From the human T2T-CHM13v2.0 reference genome, Homo sapiens, in the NCBI RefSeq assembly GCF_009914755.1, contig NC_060944.1: a stretch of 64,000 nucleotides of DNA, one strand, 5' to 3'. Both the position numbers and the translations under genes were made by a program. A model generated the notes under the pieces. That model was not told the DNA's origin. It saw only the letters and a list, made by a program, of their open reading frames with translations, and searched no databases. Each line of letters begins with the position of its first letter. Position 1 is the first letter of the stretch. Below are positions 13,283 through 27,800 of the stretch, piece after piece.

Positions 13283-14947
13283 TGACATTTTCAATTCTCT
13301 TATGTTTACCATCATCCCAGCTCCACCTGGGTCCAGCTGGTCCTGCCCCAGGCATCCTGGGAGGGGGCGCAGTTGGGAAACCAGTGAGTGAAGGGGAAGC
13401 TGGTCCTGGGGGAAGCCGGCCCTGCTGGAAAGGCCCGGCCTGTTTCCAAGCCCCTTTTGACAATGCGCCTCCACTGCTCCAGTCCCTCGCTTCTCAGGCA
13501 TCTGGGACTTCGGGATTTTGGCCAAGAATAAGAATGACAAGGGAACTCTCACTGAGATTTTTCTCTGAATAAGCATCATCTCAGTTAATCTTCCCAGCAG
13601 CCCCTAGGAGATGAGCTTTATTCCATTTTATACAGGAGGAAATGGAGGCTCAGAGAACCCAAGAACCCACACAGTGAGTAAAGGGAGGAGGTCAAGAGGA
13701 TTCAAGAACAAACCTCATCCCCTATAATGCCCTTCCAGACCCCAGGGCCAAGAGGTCATTTGTAAGGCAAACAATACCACTACGACTACTACTGACAATA
13801 GCAAACATTGACCTAGCACCTGTTCTGGGCCAGATACACCCCTAAGTACTCTGGGCATGTGAACCCATCATCACAACATTCCTATGAGTTAGGCCCGATC
13901 AGTATTTTCATTTTACAGAGGAGGAGACTGAGGCACAGAGAGGCTAAGTAACTTGCCCAAGGTCACACAGCTAGGAAGTGGGAGAGCAAAGCTGGAGTCC
14001 AGGAAGGCTGGTGCTAGGGTTCATGCTCTCATGGTGCTGTCCCTCCTCCTCCATCCCCCAGGAGGTGATTCAGGGGGACATACCACCCCAGGTGAGGCAG
14101 GCTCCTTCTCTAGGAAGGGAAAGCCAGGGTCTGGAGAAGTACAGGTTCCATATCAAGAAAAAAGTCAGGAGCAGGAAGCGGTTGATGTCTGGTTTAGTGG
14201 GGGTGAGAATGTCCTCTCAGAACAGGCCTCAGTCTCCCCTATCAACCCCAAAGAAAGGTGAGAGCCAGGCCTTGGCAGGACTCCCCAGGCCTGGATGTCC
14301 CACGATTCTGGTCCCAGACACTGGCAGAGCAGGACTGGCTGCCCAGTGAGGAGCCCATACCTGCGGCTGGGCACTCTGTGGTGTAAAACGCCCAACTCAG
14401 GCACCATGAGAAGTTTTGCTGACTGGTTCCAGCCCTTTCCAGAGAATTCTGAGCGGGGCCACAGGCTGGGGCAGGGATTGGTTAATAAAAAGAGCTGGAA
14501 GAATGTTCCTTTGCTCTGCCCCTCACCCCTAGGCCCCCAGAGCCAGCACTTTCAGCTTGTCAAGAGAGAAAGGTGCAGGAGGCATGGTAAAACCCAGGAG
14601 AGAAGCGGGGCCGTGGGCGGCGGCGAACAAGGGCCTCTTTTGTTATTTCCCTAGCAAGGGAAAGGCGGCTGTCCTGACTGCTGCGGACAGAGGGGCCGTC
14701 AGCTCCGTCCAGTGAAGCCTGGAGCTGGCCTCTGAGAGGCCCTGAGGGCAGGAGTGCCTTTCTCGTGCCTGGAATGCCCTGCATTTCCAAATCCTCTCCT
14801 TCCTGCCAGGCCCTCTGCCTCCAGGCTGTGTGCTCACAGGCTAGCATGCCCCTCTTTAGGCCTCAGTTTCCTCATCAGCAAAATGGGACTCTGGACCATG
14901 CCTGCCTCCACGTGTCAGAGAGATCAAAGGAACTAATGCATTTGGGG

Positions 14948-15154
14948 CAGCGGTTCTCAGCCTTGGCACCGCGGACATTTGGGGCCTGAGGATTCTCTGT
15001 GGGGGGCTGTCCTGTGCATGGGAGGGTGTTTAGCAGCATCGCTGGCCTCTACCCATCAGATGCCAGTAGCACCCTACTCCCACTGTGAGAATCAAAATTG
15101 CCTCCAGACATTGCCACATGTCTCCTGGGAGCAAATTTGCTGGAAGACTCACTG
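14948..15154 (-). mobile_element. MER20
   Basis: GTTTAGCAGCATC.CTGGCCTCTACCCA..AGATGCCAGTAGCAC..CTCCAGACATTGCCA. Confidence 0.88.
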
Positions 15155-15298
15155 ATTTAAAGCATATCCTCTAAGGCCTGCGACACAGTAGGTGCTTTGT
15201 CCCTGAAGGTAGCCAATGTTTTTTTAGCTCTCTACAAACATCATCTATTATTATCATACCCATTTCACAGATGAAGAAACTGAAGCACGAAGAGGTTA

Positions 15299-15763
<465 letters not shown>

Positions 15764-17900
15764 TCAGAAAGCCCTCTGAGATTTCCAAACTCCCACTCCA
15801 GTGTCTGGATGACATCACTGTCCTCTGGGAAGCCTGTCTTGATGTCCCACCTTCCCCATCCAGCACAATCGCTCCCTTCCCTGATGGCCTCCACTGAACC
15901 ACAAAAGAGTTTGGGTTTCCAATGAGGCAGACCTAGGCTCAAGTGCCAACCCCACTATTTTGTCAATGGCTATGAGATGCTGGGCAAATGGCTTAATCTC
16001 TCTGAGCCTCAACTTCCTCATCTGTAAAATGGGTCCATCACCTCTGGGTCATACTGCATGGCTGAGAACACAGACCCTGGAGCCAGAATGGTGAGGTTTG
16101 AATCTTACCTCGGCCACTTCCCAGCTGTGGGAGCTTGGGCAAGTGAGGGAACCACTCGGTGCCTCAGTTTCTTCGTCTGCAAATGTCAGTAATAACACAC
16201 CAGCCCACAGAGCCACAGTGAACATAAAAAAGCTCACAAGCATATCATGAGTGCTTAGAACCATGCCTGGCACTTAGTAGATGCTAGAGGTGCTGGCTGT
16301 GGCTCTTTTGAAGTCTCCTCGGGGGACAGAGGAGAGTGCAAGAATAAGGCATGTGATGTGGCCCAGGACATCAACAAAGCTGAGGTCACTTCCTACAGCC
16401 TCCCAGGTGTCGGCACTTTCTTGTAGGGGAGCTGAGTACAGTGGAAATCGAAGTCCTCTCTCTGCGCAGAGGGCTGGTAAGGTCCTGCAGGAGAGTAGAG
16501 CTAAAAGGGTGGGGAAGGGACTTCACCAGGTTGACCGGCAGGGCAGGGGCTTGCTGGCCTCCCCGGCTCTGCTCCAATGTCTTTTTCTAGCTGGGGCTCA
16601 CTGTTGTGTTCTGCCTATGGGTGCTCCTACCAGCACCACAGGCACCTTCCCATGGCTGTCCCTCTTCGTGTGAATTTCAAGGACAAACAAAAAGAGCAGA
16701 GAGTCTGGACTCTCTGCAGATAATAGCAACAGCAGCAATCCTTTATTAAGCACCTACTGCGTGTCAGCACCTTTGAGCCTTCCCAGCAGGTATCATTATG
16801 CCCACTTTGCAGATGAATAAATTGAGGCTCAGGGGAGGGAAATCACTTGCCGGGAAGTGGTGTGACCTCATGTGGCTCTTCCCAAGTCCCCAGTGCATCT
16901 CAGCTGAAAAAAGCAGTTTGGACACACGTGTCTGACTTGTTCCAGGCCCGGGCCAGGTCTGCCCCTAGCTAGGGTGCTGACTTCGTGTCTTCAAGGTCTG
17001 GCGGTGTCAGAGAATTCTGCTCATCAGTCCAGAGAGCACTGTCCTGTTGAGTTGGGTCAGGAAACACGATCTTGCTCCCTGCTGCATCACTGGAAGTCAC
17101 GCCAGCCTGTTTACACACCTGGCAGGAGCTCCGGGAAAGTGGAAAGTTGGCTGGACCTCAGAGGAATTGTTCTGGGGTCAGCGGGTCTATGTGCCCACTT
17201 GAGGGATGGGGCAATGGGTCAAACCGGGTAGGGAGAGCATGGAGGGGCACAGATGAGGGATCTGGGTCCACTAGGCTGGGAGAGGTTAGCAAAGTCTCTC
17301 CAGTCCCCTTCTGGGCCTCAGTCTTCCCAGCTCAAAATAGAAAGGGCTGGAAACCCTGATTCCTGCTCAAACGTTACGCAAACCAGGAAGCAGTCTGGGG
17401 TTTTAGACCCCGTACAGGTTCTGAAATCAGAACTTGTGTTCAAATCCAAATTCATGGAATGAATACTTTTTCACTGAGCACCTACTATGTGTCAGGCACT
17501 ACTCTGGGTACAGGGCTGCCATAGAGCACACTATAAGCATAAACCTGCTCTTAGGTCACTCACAGCCAAGGGGGAGAGGCAGACACTAGACAAAGAAATG
17601 ATCATTTCAGATCAGGATGAATGCCATGAAGGAATAAAACAGAAGGCTGTTTTAGAGAGTGATTTGTGGGATGAAGAGGGCAGGTGTGCTTGAGAAGCAG
17701 GAGGACTTCTAGGAGGAGGTACCATTGGAGCCAAGGCCTAAATGACCAGAAGCACCCAGCTGTGGAAGATCTGGGGCAAGAATGGTCCAGGGAAGCAAGT
17801 GCAAAGGGCCTGAGGCAGGAGCAAGCTTGGCAGCTTTGAAGAACCAAAAGAAGGCACATGAGGCTGGGGCACAGTGAGAAAAGACAAGGGCAGGGGAAGT

Positions 17901-18432
17901 TGTAAAATCAGGTTTTCTAATTTCTGTATTTGAGGCTCTGAGACCCTGGAGGGACTGCCCCTTCCCAGGGCTAGCAAATTCCTAGAAAGAATAAACTACT
18001 AGCCTGCAAGCATTCCTTCATATGTGAAACAACCAATCGAGACCCCATACTCCCTACCACCTCTTTTTGAGGGATCTCACATGAATCCACCTGCCCTAAT
18101 CACCCCAGAGCCAGGTACAAGACAACTAGGGGAAGCCCCTATGCCCCCAGACCCACTGAAATGATTCAAACTAACTAGCCAGTCCTAAACCTGCACACCC
18201 TGCCTTGCCCGAACATATTGCCCACAGTAAAGGCTCATGCCCACGTTTCCTCTTATTCCCTCTGCCTCCCGACAGACCCTGCTGCTCCCCTGTGTGGCCC
18301 TGTGTGGCATGGTATGCCTCCTGCTTCTAGGGCCATCTGAGTATAAAAACTTCTTTGATAATGCTGATTTCTGTGTCTGTGTGTTTATCATACCCAAATA
18401 AAACAAATTCCATTACCATTAAAACAGACACA
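17901..18432 (+). mobile_element. MER74-like ERVL LTR
   Basis: GACCCTGGAGGGACTGCCCC..CCCAGGGCTAGCAAATTCCTAGA motif; TG...CA termini. Confidence 0.7.
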
Positions 18433-19944
18433 AGGGGACAGGTGGGCAGGAGCTGGATGACACAGGGCCCTGGGGCCACAGCTGTGAGCATGGGTGTCAT
18501 TTTAAATTCTACTCACCAGCTGGGGACCTTGGGCTACAACACTGCACTGTGCTGACCCTCGGTGCCTCCTCATAGGCCTCCCTTGTCTGGATGTTCTAAG
18601 CATTGGCTGCAATGCATGTGAAGTACCCAGCATAACACCTGGCGCTTAGTAGGTGCTCAGTCTATGGTTGCTTTTGCCAGTTTCTGCCCTCCTGGGTCGC
18701 TGTGCACTGGAAGTCTGCATCTAGAGTTGGGAAGATGACTCCTTGCCCTCTCCCCCTGCTCAGGACTCTTCCTGCTCCTGGCCTCTTGCGCTTCCCATTC
18801 CCCAGGAGCACCCTTCCTTCCTCTCTTCATCTTACCACATCCAGTCCAAGCGCAAAGCCAACCAGAGACAAGAAGCCTTCCCAGCTTGTCAGCCTGACCC
18901 CAGAGCTTTACGGTGAGTCACAGCCTGTCCCTGTCCCTGGATTGCCAACCTGGCTCTCGAATTAGCCTCTGATTATTCCCGGAGTGTCCAGGGTCAGCAA
19001 CTTTCTGCAGGAGGCAAAGGGCCAGGGGAGATAGGCGACAGCAGGAGTCTGGAAGTCAGCCTGAGAACCATCTGCCGCCATCTGCCGCCATCTGCCAGCC
19101 TAATGTGGGCAGGGGTCTCCTCCTGTCTGCACGTGGGCTCTTCATTGGGCAAATGGAGAGAATCGTAGTAGCTCCTTCTTGGGGTCATGGTGAGGATTAA
19201 TGAGAAAATGCATGCCAAGAACTTAGCACACAACTGGCATTCTTTCTTTCACTTATTCGAGACATACTTATGAGCACCTACTATGTGCCAGGCACGGGGC
19301 TGGCACCAAAGATACAATGGTAAGCAGGACAAAAAAAAAAATATCCCTGCCCTTGTGAGCTTATACCCCATGGGTGGGAAGGGGGGAAGGGGGTTAATAT
19401 AGATAATGCACCAGCAGATACATAATTAAAACATAATACGTTGCCAGGTAGTGATAAAGACCGTGAAGAAAAATAAGGCAGAATGGAGTGTAAAGGATTT
19501 TTCATTTTCTATTTTAGATAGGGTCTAAAGATAGGGGCAGGGACGGCCTTTTCGGAGGTAAGATCTGAACGGAGATCAATGAAGGGAAGGAGCAAGACTT
19601 GCGGACATCTGGGAGAACAGAGGTTCAGAACGAGGGGGCTGCAAGTGCAAAGGTCCTGGGATGAGAGCAAGCTTGGGATATTTAAGGAGCAGTAAGAAAG
19701 CCAGAGCGCTGGGAGCAGAGGGCATGAGAGGTGGAGTGGGGTTGGAAGATGGATCAGCAAGGAAACGGGGACCAGAACTCCTAATAAACATACAGTAAAC
19801 ATGAGCTGTCCTTAACCTTTGTTGAGAGCTAGCTACGATCTGAATAGAAATAAGTGAACTTGACCTCTGACCCCCCTCACCTGTCATCTAGAAGTTAGCT
19901 GTCAAGAGATTAAATGAAATGTCTTTAGCATAAAACATTGATGA

Positions 19945-20245
19945 GGCCAGATACAGTTGCTCGTGCCTGTAATCCCAGAATTTTAGGAGGCTGAGAGGGG
20001 CGGATAGCTTGAGCCCAGGAGTTTGAGACCAGTTGAGTGGCATGACTCCATCTCTACAAAAAATACAAAAATTAGCCAGGCGTGGTGACGTGTGCTTGTA
20101 GTCCCAGCCACTTGGGAGACTGATGTGAGAGGATCACTTGAGCCCAGGAGGCAGAAGTTGTAGTGAGCCGGGATCATGCCACTGCACACCAGCCTGGGCA
20201 ACAGAGGAAGACCCTGTCTCAAAAATAATTAATTAATTAAAATAA
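19945..20245 (+). mobile_element. AluJ
   Basis: CTTGAGCCCAGGAG and GACCCTGTCTC diagnostics; TSD AAAACATTGATGA. Confidence 0.93.
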
Positions 20246-21089
20246 AAACATTGATGACCAATGCCTAAGACAGGGTACTCCCTGGAGAGGGGGATGGAAG
20301 TGCTCATCTCCGCCCTGCCCCTCACTGAAGCCTTTGGAAAATTCACTTCCTTTTCTGGGCCTCAGTTTCCTTTTTGTGGGGGTTAAACTAGAATGAGCAC
20401 CAGTTTACGATGGCAACTGTAATATTAATAGCTGACAGTTACTAAGTGCTAACTATAAGCCAGCACTCCAGTAAGTGCCTCAAACATATGAACCCATTTC
20501 CTCCCCACAGCAGTATGAGGTTGAACGATGATTAGACCCAATCTCCAGATGAGAAAACTGAGGCACGGGACTGACCATTTCAACATAGTCCTTTGCACCA
20601 AATGCTACCAGCATCTCCCATTTTTTTTTCCAAATCAATTTCAAAGATCCCAACCAGAAAAGCATGTGTAAAGGTTAAATTGCCAAAAAAATAAAATAAA
20701 ATGTACATGTCCTCTGAGACACACATTTTGCATGTATGAACTTATTTATTCATTGTAAAATCCTGTGAAGAAAGGACTGTGGACATTTCCATTTTTCAGC
20801 TGGGGAACTGGGTTCAGAGAGGTGAAGACACTCTTCCTGCATCACACTGCTCATCAGGGCAGAGGCTAGAGATGAATTCATATCCAAATGAATCCAAAGC
20901 CTGGAACCTTTTTGACCAAGCCAGGCTCTCTCCTGAACACCAGGGTTTGCATCCCAGGAACATGGGGCCCACATGATGGGACCCATCTGGGAATTATGGA
21001 CAATTGATGCATCAAAATTCAGAGGGAGACATGGGGCTAAACTTCCCAGCCGCTCCTGGGAGAACCAGTCTGGTGGGGTGGTTTTGCCA

Positions 21090-21574
21090 TGTATTCATCT
21101 TTTCTTGCTGCTGTAACAAATGACCCCAAATGGAGTGGCTTAAGAAACACAAATGTATTCTTTTAGAGTTTTGGAGGCCAGAATTCTGAAATCATTTTCA
21201 CTAGGCTAAAGTCAAGGTGTTGGCCAGGCTGGTTCCTCCTGGAAGCTCCAGGAGAGAGAATCCATGCCTTGCCTGTTCCAGCTTCTGGAGGCCACCTGCA
21301 TTCCTCAGCTCACAGCCCCACATCACATTGCTTTTTCTCCCTCTGCTTCCATCATCCTATTACCTTCCGATTTCAACTTCTCCTGCCTGCCTCTCAGAAA
21401 GCCGCCTGTGGATTACATCAGGTCCACCTGGATACTGCACAATAATCTCCCTGTTTCAAGATCCTTTACCTAATCACACCTGGAAAGTCCCTTTTTTCCA
21501 TAGAAAGTAACATTCACTGGTTCAGGGGATTAGGACACCGACACCTTTGGTGGGTCACTATTCAGCCAGCCACA
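21090..21574 (-). mobile_element. MLT1 (MaLR) solo LTR
   Basis: Plus TGTATT..GCTGCTGTAACAAATGACCCCAAA..AGTGGCTTAA...ATTCAGCCAGCCACA; near-TSD TGCCA/TGCCC. Confidence 0.85.
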
Positions 21575-24367
21575 TGCCCGAGATTTCCTTTACTTAACAG
21601 CTCACCAAGCTTCATGGTGGCAAGAAGGCCATCCATGTACAGATGAGGAAATTGAGGAGCTGGGGCTATCAGTCAACCTCAGCATCCCCAGACAAGACAC
21701 GCTTCCAGGCTATGGGTCCAGTATTTCTTGAAGCATAAAAAGCCAACTCCAGAAGACTTTGGGTGGAACAATGAGGTTACCTCCCTTCTAATCCTTCTTT
21801 CCTTCTCATTATTTCCAAAACAAAGTCTCAGTTTGGTACTAGTTTGTCTTTAATGCCTCACTTGATGATATCCCTCCCCTTGCAACAAAGAGAGGGCAGA
21901 TCGCAGGCCCATAGCTTCAACCAGGCAGTATGTACCCAGTATTAATCAGCGTTAAATATTTACCTATCAATTGCTAGTTTTCTTCTCCTAATCATCAGTG
22001 ATGATCCTGGTTTTCCATACATGATACCCACAGAAAATCTCCTTTTAAAGTCATTGCATTTAAGTTTTTTTAAAAGGAGAGGGCAGTAAGACATTAATGT
22101 AAAAAGAATAACAGGAATGTAATTAAGTAAATAATATTGAGTGGTAAGGGACTCTGGCAAAAATGATGTGAGTGGTATTTGGATGATGGAAACCAAACCA
22201 GATTCACTCCATTCTGGGGTGCATGGGGGAAAACTCCCTGTCTGAGCTCCCTGAGGCTCAAATGAGATGATAGAAGGTAAAATCAGCAGGCAGTGTCTGG
22301 CCAGAGAAGGTGCTCAATCCGCAGAGCTGGACTTGCAGTTTTTTTCTGGAAAACCTCTGTTGGGGAAAACTCAAGGGCCTCTCTCACTTCCTGGCCGCTC
22401 TCACTTCCAAAATCCAGGACTAAGAGAGAAGGAGGAGGAGTGACCGAAGTAGTGTTTAGTAGCTGTGTGACCTTGGAATTTAACCTCTCTGTGCCTCACT
22501 TTCCTCATCTCTAAAAATGGGGATAATTTTTGTTTGAACTTCCTACATCTGATGTGAAGAGTAAATGAGCTGAAATTTGAGATGCATGTAAAACAGCATT
22601 TTGTAAATGTGAGAAAATCTGTGGCTATTGCTCTAATTATAAACTCCCACTATATGCTGAGCACCACTCTGGACACCTCCTGTATCTTCCCCTAATTCTC
22701 GTAACAGAATGAGAGGGTGTGAGTCCTCCTCACTTCACAAATGAGACTCAGCCTCAGAAATTCAAGGTCTCCAGCCCAGGCTCCCCTCTTCAGAGCCAGA
22801 CACAAATCCAGGTTTTCTCAACTCTAAAGCCCATGTTCTCTCCAACATTTAACTTCTCTGAGCCTCAGTTTCATCATCTGCAAAATAGGAGAACTAAAAC
22901 ATATTTTCAGCATTAAATAAAAAACTAAGAATTTATAGTACAGGCACAATGTATTAACTCACTGTGGCCAGAAAATAACTGGGAAAGAATATAATATTAT
23001 GGCTGTGTTATAAATGAAGAAACCAAGGCCAGAAATAGAAAATGACTTGCCCAGCAAGTATGTGGAATGCGAATGCAGTTCTGATTCCAAAGCCTCAAAA
23101 CTGGGAATGAAAGGACCATCTTCCTGGTCATCTACCTGCCCACAAATTAGGCAAATGCAAGAAAGGGGGCCTCTGACCTTACAGGTGTACTACCATCCCC
23201 CCCAAATATCTCTATCCCAGAGTAAGTCTGCTGTTGGCCACCGTGACACCTTTGTGCAAATTAGAATAAAAGGCCCTTCCTCAGGTGGATCCAGCTGTGC
23301 ACCAGGGTGCACAGCTTGGCATGTGGAATGCAGGCTGGTTCAGCCTTACTTGCCTCCTCAAGCACCTTGTGCAGTGCACAGCTTGCACAACACTCTGTAG
23401 CAGCCTTGCCGAGAGCATCCCCAAACTCTTCCTTCTCAGAGCATCTTTAGAGTCACCTGTGAGTCCCCAGTGTTAAGAACTCCTCTTGGACAGGTGGTCA
23501 GTATCATTTAATTTGCTCTCAGGGGGCATAAGGCAGGAAAGGGGGTAAGGCTTCTCTGCAAACAAGTGGGGCTGGAGCTTATTTGTAAGCCTGTTTTATT
23601 AATAAGAGTCCCATCTGTGCCCACTAGCTAAGATCACTCCCCAAACCTCTAACTCGCAGGATGGCCATTCTTGGAAAACGTTGATGTAGTCCCTGGGGTA
23701 GCATCCCAACTTCCTGAGCCCCCAGCACTCTTCATAGCAAGAGCTAGGATCCCCAGTGGTGCTGGAAGCGGCAGCCATGCATTCCAGAGCTCATCCCACT
23801 CCTTTTCATCCCTGCTGACAGCATTTCTGAGCCAGAGGACATAATGTAAGAATTGTTCCTTCCAGCTCTGCTCTGCAGATTGACTCCAGCCTCCCCGAAG
23901 ACAAGCTCACCAGTCACCAGGAACAGGTGCATGAAAACCAACCCTCTTAACACACAGACTCCTAGAACAGCAAAGCAGCAGTGGACAGATGTCATCAAGC
24001 TGGAAACCCAGGCCCCAAAGAGGGGTTGTCTCCTACTCCACACTGCCTGGTAAATGACAAATAACTGAACATCTCCAACTTCTTTCCTGATGTGATATCT
24101 GCAGTTTCGCAAGTTGTTAGTGATCCATGTATACAATACAACCTGCATTCATGGCGCCAGAATATCCATGTGGAAGAGGCTGAGAAGTGACAATCTGATG
24201 TTGGAGTGGACGCTGAGGACGCCTGTCTTGAATTGCCCAGCAAGCATGTTTTGAAGTTAGTCCACCAGCCTCTGTTTGGGGAGGCTCTCACAGGGAGTGA
24301 CTGGTGAAGATGACCAGAATTGTCTTGAAGCTCCATGTGCATAACAAACCTACTGTGCTTGCTTTAA

Positions 24368-24443
24368 CCCATGTCCCGTTTTGCACCGAGAATACTGCAC
24401 TGGCAGTGAGCTGCACTTTTTTTTTTTCTAAATGGGAAATGGA
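24368..24443 (+). mobile_element. MER75A-like piggyBac MITE (76 bp)
   Basis: TTAA|CCCATGTCCCGTTT...AAATGGGAAATGGA|TTAA: TTAA duplication plus imperfect TIRs. Confidence 0.85.
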
Positions 24444-24600
24444 TTAAATGTGTGTCCCAGATCAATAAAGATGATGATGTTTTCTAAGGATACTTCTTAT
24501 TCGCATTGTATATGAAATTGAGAAACACGTCTGTTCTTAATGTCAGAGAATCTAATAATGACAATCATATAAATATTGTTATATGGGAGAGGAGGCTTCA

Positions 24601-25198
<598 letters not shown>

Positions 25199-26966
25199 TT
25201 AGGCAAGTCACCTAACCCCGCTGAGTTTCCGTTTCTTCACCTGTCAAATAGGGATGCAAATAACAGCTGCCTCTCTGGTTGTTGTGGGCATTACATGGGA
25301 CAAGCCTGACAAGCTCCTAGCATGGCCCCTAGCACATGGTAAGAGCTAAGCACTCAATAAAACACCTTCTTCATCAGGCTTAGCACCATCATAAGGGATT
25401 AGTTACATCCCAGGGGCTCTCCCTGTTATCTCTCCCTGCTTTCCATTCAGTTGTGCATGTTGGAGTTCAGATAGGAAGAGGATCCTTTGTGAAGCTCAAG
25501 CTTCAGACCTCTCCCAAGCCTCGTACCGAATCCTGTATTTGTAAATCTGTATTCATTTTCTTCAAGAGTCCCCCTCAAGTAGTAAATGCTCCCCGCCCCT
25601 TAACCCTTGGATCTGCTCCTGGGTTCATGTTCTTGCTAGAGAACAGAGCAGAGAGAAGCTGTCGGGACCCCTACTGAGAGAATAGAGACCTTGTGTTTTA
25701 TCTCTTCTTGCCAGAGAGCTCTGCCTATGGCCTCGCAGACAGCAATCAGTCAAGGCTCAGCCACCCACACTTCCACCAAAGATGTTTCACAAAGCCTTAC
25801 TCAACCTCTCACATCAATCCCAGAAGCTAGCGGTGTAATCGCTCCACTTACAGGGAAGCAAAACCCAAAGAGGAAAGGAGATTGGTCCAAGATCTTAAGA
25901 TCCACAGGTCAGAAAGTGGCCTGGGGTGGGCTGAGTTTTGCAAAGGTGACCTCATCCTTCTTCCATCATTTATTGTGTTTTTCTCTTCCACGTCGAGAAA
26001 GTCTAATAGCTTAGATAATTCCACACTAATGAACTTGCTGTGTGTTAGCCCTGGGTCTCCTTGGAACCACTGGTGTCACCTTCTTACTCCATGTGCCCAA
26101 GGAGGGCTCCTTCTTCCAGGAGAAGCTCCCTGGTCTCAGCTGATCGGTGCTGGGTAATGCACCACTAAATTATACCTCCTCTTTACTTTTATTTTTGTGA
26201 ACATTTAATACCTCACTGAGAGATGGTGAAGCAACTTCCTGGAGGTAGAAGCCTTATCTTACAAGCCCAGTGCCCTCTCATGATGCCCTGGCTGGGCTGG
26301 GCAGGGCACAGGTGAAGAACCCAAAAGGGACCTGTGGTACCATCTCCTTCCAGCCCCCACTAGTGTTGATTTCAGTTATGACTCCTGAACTCCACCTGCG
26401 GCCTTTGATCTTACAGGGGTTACTTCCTTGGGGAGACTGAAAACAGCTAGGGTTCTGGATTCTGACAAGCCGGGGACTGAATACCGACATAGTCACTTGC
26501 TGTGTGACTCTGAGCAAGTCACTTTCTCTCCCCGAGCCTTGGTTTTCTCCTCTGGAAAATGGGTCAAATAATCTTTCCCCTCTGAGACGCGTTGAAATGA
26601 TTAAATAAAGTGATACACAAAAGGCAAATCCTCACCCGTAGTAAGCACTCATGAATCTTACCGTCCTCATCACGTAAGGACCTGGTGCAGAAAAAGACCA
26701 GTCACTGCTTATTGGGCATTTATTCTGTACAAGGTTTAGTTATAAGAGATTTACATATATTGCCTCATTGATATTCACCGCTGCCCTATGGGTGGGCACT
26801 ATCATTTCTCCCATTTTTACACATGAGTAAACTGAAGTTCAGAGAGGTTAAGTGACTTGCACCATGTCACACAGCTTGGCACCCAGTAAGTGTTCATTGT
26901 GACTGTCGCGTGAAATGTGCAATACAGCACCAAGCACAGAATTAGAGCTCAGGAAAGAAAGAATTC

Positions 26967-27250
26967 TGCTAGGCACAGTGGTTCACGTCTGTAATCCCAG
27001 TATATGGGAGACCAAGGTGGGAGAATTGCTTGAGTCCAGGAGTTCCAGACCAGCCTGGACAACATAGTGAGACCCTATCTCTATTAAAAAAAAATTAGCT
27101 GGGCATGCACCTGTAGTTCTAGCCACTAGGGAGGCTGCGGAAGGAGGATCGCTTAAGTCCAGGAGTTGGAGGCTGCAGTGAGCTATGATCACATCACTGC
27201 ACTCCAGCCTGGGTGACCGGCGAGAACCTGTCACTGAAACGAAACGAAAT
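26967..27250 (+). mobile_element. AluJ close to the SLC13A3 exon 1 donor
   Basis: Diverged Alu dimer. Confidence 0.92.
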
Positions 27251-27329
27251 TATTCCCATGGAAGTGAGATCCAGAAGGCAGGGTGGGACTCAAGCTCTAA
27301 GGAGCAGCTGGGAAGAGGGAAGAGGCGTT

Positions 27330-27800
27330 AGGAGCGTTCACAGCGGTCCGCGGCAGGTGCAAGGGAGGGAAGGCGAGGGGGTCTGGTGGAGCCTGTCTAC
27401 ACTGGGACCTCAGCGGTCTCCCAACTTGGAGGCTTGGGAGAAGAGGATCCCGCCTGTGGTTGACCGGGGGCGCACAGGCGGAGGAGGCGTTACCTTGGGC
27501 GGGAGGGCGAAGACCACCGGCAGCAGCGCGAGCGGCGTGAACAGCAGCACCAGCAGCCGCCGCGCGCTCCACACCTTCTTGGCCGCTGCTGCCAGCGCCG
27601 CCATCAGCGCGATCGCCTGGCGGTACGGGCCGGCCCGGGACTGCCCCGCCTGGCCCCGGCGCCGGCTTAAAGCCTGGGGGAGGGTCGGGGAGGGGACTGC
27701 GCTGGGGAACCCGCCCTCTCCCTGCTCCTCCTGGAGGAAAAGGGTGGTGCCTGCGCCCCTGGGACCGGGTGAAAGAGGCCCGGGAACGTTGGAGAAAGTT
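27330..27800 (-). promoter_or_regulatory. SLC13A3: CpG-island promoter of SLC13A3
   Basis: Dense CpG/GC around exon 1; GC boxes at 27643-27650 and 27711-27716; TATA-like TTTAAG (minus) at 27666-27671, ~65 bp upstream of the ATG. Boundaries approximate. Confidence 0.85.
27494..27604 (-). CDS. SLC13A3: Na+/dicarboxylate cotransporter NaDC3, coding exon 1 (37 aa, phase-0 donor)
   Basis: Translates MAALAAAAKKVWSARRLLVLLFTPLALLPVVFALPPK, the NaDC3 N-terminus. ATG at 27604-27602, 111 nt, then donor AAG|GTAACG at 27494/27493. Exon 2 lies outside the window, so 1-27493 is intron 1. Confidence 0.97.

Noticed and set aside
21951-21963. HNF1-like GTTAAATATTTAC
   Set aside because: Two mismatches in AT-rich DNA; cannot be told from chance without ChIP data.
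27410-27493. ORF continuation VTPPPPVRPR... after SLC13A3 K37
   Set aside because: Read-through past the GT donor into intron 1.
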